A stretch of 64,000 nt of DNA, taken from Aplysia californica. Lineage: Eukaryota. The notes under the pieces are model-generated. The model did not search any database. It worked only from the letters and a program-made list of their open reading frames with translations, and was not told the DNA's origin. The stretch is from assembly GCF_000002075.1 (NCBI RefSeq), contig NW_004797907.1, positions 277,325-341,324 on the forward strand. The letters are read 5' to 3'. Below are positions 60,418 to 64,000 of this stretch, in pieces; positions within the stretch are counted from its first letter, which is position 1, and each line of letters begins with the position of its first letter. The translations under genes and the position numbers were made by a program.

Positions 60418-61719
60418 ATGAGCACTATAAGTGACGGCGTCCGTGAGCAAGTCGAGCTATACGTGCCAATGTTTATCACAGGACCAGTGACACTTTTGGG
60501 AGTTGCTGCAAACTTGATCAACTTTGTCATATTTCTCAAACAAGGCGTAAAAGACTGTGTGTCCGTCTGTCTTCTCGCACTGACCATCTCTGACTTCGGC
60601 AGTGTCCTAGTCGGGGGCGCCCTACAAATATTCAACATCCTCCACCATCTCGATGTGGGTTCGATCATTGAGCCGTTCAGCTTTGTGTTTGTTGCAACTT
60701 ACGGCTGTGCCCTGTTCTACGATATATCTCAGGGAATCATTGCATTTGTCGCCCTAGAACGCTGTCTTTGTGTGGCGATACCTTTCAGGTTTAGAGATTT
60801 CTTTACATTTTGGAGATCTGTTTTTGTAGTATTCACATTGTTTTCGATGACGATAGGGGCGTACATCCCACATTTTGTGACGAGCGGTCTACACTGGCGT
60901 CACGACCCCGCCACTAACTCATCCAGGATGTTTGTGTGGTTGTCTGACAACAGAGTCGAGGTTGATTTCTGTCTTAACATCTTCATGCACGTCACAATGT
61001 CCACACTGTACCAGGTCAGCGTTATGATCAGTACACAGTTTATGATCCTCGGACTCAGGAAATCCTCCAAATTCCGGGAGAGAAAGGAAGTAGAGAAGAA
61101 AGCTGCTAAGGTGGAAGAGTCGGGCCAAGTATCCCCGAGTCAACAGATTCTGCAAACCTCGACAGACGGAGAGACGCCCGGGTGCGAATCAAAAGACCAA
61201 CCAACCAAAGATCGTCGTACAGAAAAGCATGGAGCAGAGAGCCAAGAGTCCAACAGCGAAGGAACCTTCCTAAAGAGCAAACACCAGATTCAAGACTCTC
61301 CGACCAAAGACTACCAGACACACAACAAAGGGACAATAAACCACACGACGAGACAGAATCAGGCAAATTACAAACATAGAAAGGACAAACAGATGAAAGA
61401 AAGGGCTTGTTCTGTCCAAAACCGACGACTGATCAAAACTGTATCGGCCCTAGCAGTCATCTTTATGGTGTGTAACGCAGTAAGACTGACCGGTATATAC
61501 GCCTATATGGCTTATCCTGATCTGGGCTATTTCAAACGTTACCATAATGAGATCGTTGTCGTAAATGCTGTAATCTTTGCATTCCAGACAATCAATTGTT
61601 CTGCCAACAGCCTTGTTTACTATCATTTTAACCCAAGTTTCAGAAATATGTTCAGGTCTGTGTTTTATAACGGGGGAAAGGGACGACAAAACCGTCCACT
61701 TGTTTGTTCATCCTCTTGA
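60418..61719 (+). CDS. Intronless rhodopsin-class 7TM GPCR, chemoreceptor-like (GPCR5), 433 aa
   Basis: GVAAN, LTISD, ALERCLCVAIP, INCSANSLVYY, NPSFR. Longest ICL3 and an extended C-tail. Confidence 0.93.
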   Translation: MSTISDGVREQVELYVPMFITGPVTLLGVAANLINFVIFLKQGVKDCVSVCLLALTISDFGSVLVGGALQIFNILHHLDVGSIIEPFSFVFVATYGCALFYDISQGIIAFVALERCLCVAIPFRFRDFFTFWRSVFVVFTLFSMTIGAYIPHFVTSGLHWRHDPATNSSRMFVWLSDNRVEVDFCLNIFMHVTMSTLYQVSVMISTQFMILGLRKSSKFRERKEVEKKAAKVEESGQVSPSQQILQTSTDGETPGCESKDQPTKDRRTEKHGAESQESNSEGTFLKSKHQIQDSPTKDYQTHNKGTINHTTRQNQANYKHRKDKQMKERACSVQNRRLIKTVSALAVIFMVCNAVRLTGIYAYMAYPDLGYFKRYHNEIVVVNAVIFAFQTINCSANSLVYYHFNPSFRNMFRSVFYNGGKGRQNRPLVCSSS

Positions 61720-63836
61720 TGCACGTGATACGAACGAACAGTTTATGTTAAGGATTGCCATGTGCGTAATTCTATGGTGTAAGTCATAGATATCAAACAT
61801 ACAACTGGCATGGGTTAAACTATCTAATAGGCTCTAATGTTTAACGCAGGGCCTTACAGCGTTATGCTGACTATATGGTACGATGTCTCATAAATAAGGG
61901 CGTTTTTTTTCTGGAGGAGTGGTGGCTTTGTTGATAATATGCCATTAAAAATACTTTACTGCATTTTATTGTAACTTTCATAACAGCCTTTCGAAATAAA
62001 AAAACAAAAGCATGAATGTTCTTTTGAACCTGACGTTCATTATGTTGGTTTGTTTTTGGCCAGTTATTGTAAGCCAGAAAAAATGCTTCATAGAGTATTT
62101 GTAACACATAATATTCGAGTGTACACATTGCCAATGTGTGTGGTAGAAAGTGGATTTATCTTTGTCTCTGAGAAAAAGCAATGAGTAGTGAAAGTAATTG
62201 CTGAAATCCTCTAAATCCACAATGTAGTGTCACAGTAAGATCAATAGTGCCCTGTGTTTGGAAACCCATGCATCTTTAATAAATCATTATACATTCTAAA
62301 AGTGTCCATTGTGAATTCAAGCGAAAACCTACTTCAGTTTAGTCTAATTTGCAATGCCATTTTTAAAACAACTGCAACAATATTGGTGTATGTGATGTAG
62401 TAATTAGACGGACTTCCATATCATGTAGAAGATCAAAGTTCTTTTCTTGTGTGAGCAGAACTGTTGTCTAATGATAATAAAATAATATGTTACATTTATA
62501 TAGCGCATTTCCAAAAAAGTAGCTCAGTGCTCTTTACATTGGAATACCCATTTTAAAACCTTTCTACTACTTCCTTTCTNNNNNNNNNNNNNNNNNNNNN
62601 NNNNNNNNNNNNNNNNNNNNNNNNNNNNNNNNNNNNNNNNNNNNNNNNNNNNNNNNNNNNNNNNNNNNNNNNNNNNNNNNNNNNNNNNNNNNNNNNNNNN
62701 NNNNNNNNNNNNNNNNNNNNNNNNNNNNNNGTAGGCACGAAACAACTATATTAAAAAATAACGCTAAACGCTTATGAAGGATAGGCCTGTAAGAATAGAA
62801 AATGCTTAAGATGTCTTTTGAAGCTATCAAGTGTTCTTCTAGTATCTCAAACTTTTTGCTGGAACTTTGTATCCTTCTCACCTCGGGTTGGCCGTTACAG
62901 AAGGGAAGAAGCCCGCCTCCTAAAGTATCGGAATTGTTCATAACGTGAGACATTAACCAATCAGCAGAACTTTCTTCTCTAAAATCTTCTCCTCTAACCT
63001 CATTTCCTGTTCCGTCATTTGGGCTTAAAATCTCGAAGGTTCCGTGTGCAAGTTGAGCACGTTAAAGATCTCTTCGTGGTCCAAAATCGATAAGAGTAGG
63101 CTTCGGCCGCCTCCCGAGCAAAATTCAAAATTCCTATCAACTGAAAATGTTAGGTGCGTCCTGTGCGGTCATATGACCTGATGCAGTTGCGAGCTGCGTA
63201 AAACACTTACTTAAAAAAACCGCCCAAAAAGAGAAAGTTGGCTAAACATATAGCACAATACTCTACACGAAATAAACAACAATAACAAAAAGAAGAACAA
63301 ACAGGGACATAAATTGATAAAACAGAAAATTGATTTCATGTATTACTATAAGATAGGTATAGTTTTCAATCGAAAAGAAGACTCAGCGAGTGAGCTTTAA
63401 AATGATATAATAATAATGATAATAATAATAATAATTATTATTATAATAATAAAAGCATTCGTGTAACGCATAGCTCCGCTCAACAGCAGGGTTTGCGCTT
63501 CACAACAGTATTACCCCAGCAGACCATACAACACTCAGACACATTGTCAGAATCCAGAAATCAAAAAGTTGACGAACGCCTTATTCTACCGTGTTATTAT
63601 TATGAATATTGTATTCAGTTAGAAATAATTTTGCGTGCATTCGTTCTCCTTAGAACAGGCGAACTGGTTAATAAATGAGTATCATTCAATACATTACAAG
63701 CTTAGAGCTTAGAAATAAATGGTATGTAAGGTGGTCTCCGTTGATATGGAAACAACTGGTCGATTTTAAGCACATGGTGGCTATGGCTGTTTTGAGATAA
63801 TCGAAGGTAAAGTTTTTTTCCTTTCGTTCAGTTTCT

Positions 63837-63997
63837 TTAAAAGACAAGGAGAGTTTTCTCTATAACCAAACAACTATACACACCGATGAAACCAAACTTT
63901 AAAAGACAAGGAGAGTTTTCTCTATAACCAAACAACTATACACACCGATGAAACCAAACTTTAAAATACAAGGAGAGTTTTCTCTATAACCAAACAA
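63837..63997. repeat. ~62-bp tandem repeat x2.6 running to the window end
   Basis: TTAAAAGACAAGGAGAGTTTTCTCTATAACCAAACAACTATACACACCGATGAAACCAAACT repeated. Confidence 0.9.
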
Positions 63998-64000
63998 GTA

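Noticed and set aside
62731-62970. Possible minus-strand exon (MSHVMNN...QPE|GTGAGA) near a CCAAT box
   Set aside because: No recognisable homology or second exon in the window; insufficient support.

Overview
AT-rich, repeat-rich, gapped eukaryotic (animal) genomic DNA. It is most consistent with a gastropod mollusc, inferred from the receptor family and the SINE/LINE content. The window is a mixed tandem gene cluster in which two unrelated families alternate. Family 1 has five same-strand rhodopsin-class 7TM receptor genes with intronless coding regions, resembling gastropod candidate chemoreceptors: four intact, one frameshifted, plus two short captured fragments. Family 2 has seven small genes for predicted secreted histidine-rich peptides (two 'type A', five 'type B') plus one orphan promoter/first exon. 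The six complete peptides share a 27-aa signal peptide, a predicted mature N-terminus G-[K/R]-H (ATCUN Cu/Ni-binding motif), a His-rich block, a poly-Ser linker, a short hydrophobic LL(L)P[F/L]L motif and a C-terminal Gly or Gly-Lys (possible amidation signal). The seventh copy is truncated by a gap after its His block. Each peptide gene has a TATA box, a non-coding first exon and one 5'-UTR intron. Every interval between two receptor genes contains at least one peptide gene, and one receptor+peptide unit has visibly duplicated as a block. The rest is SINEs, LINE fragments, MITEs, a transposase relic, and mini/microsatellites. Any functional link between the receptors and the peptides is a hypothesis only.
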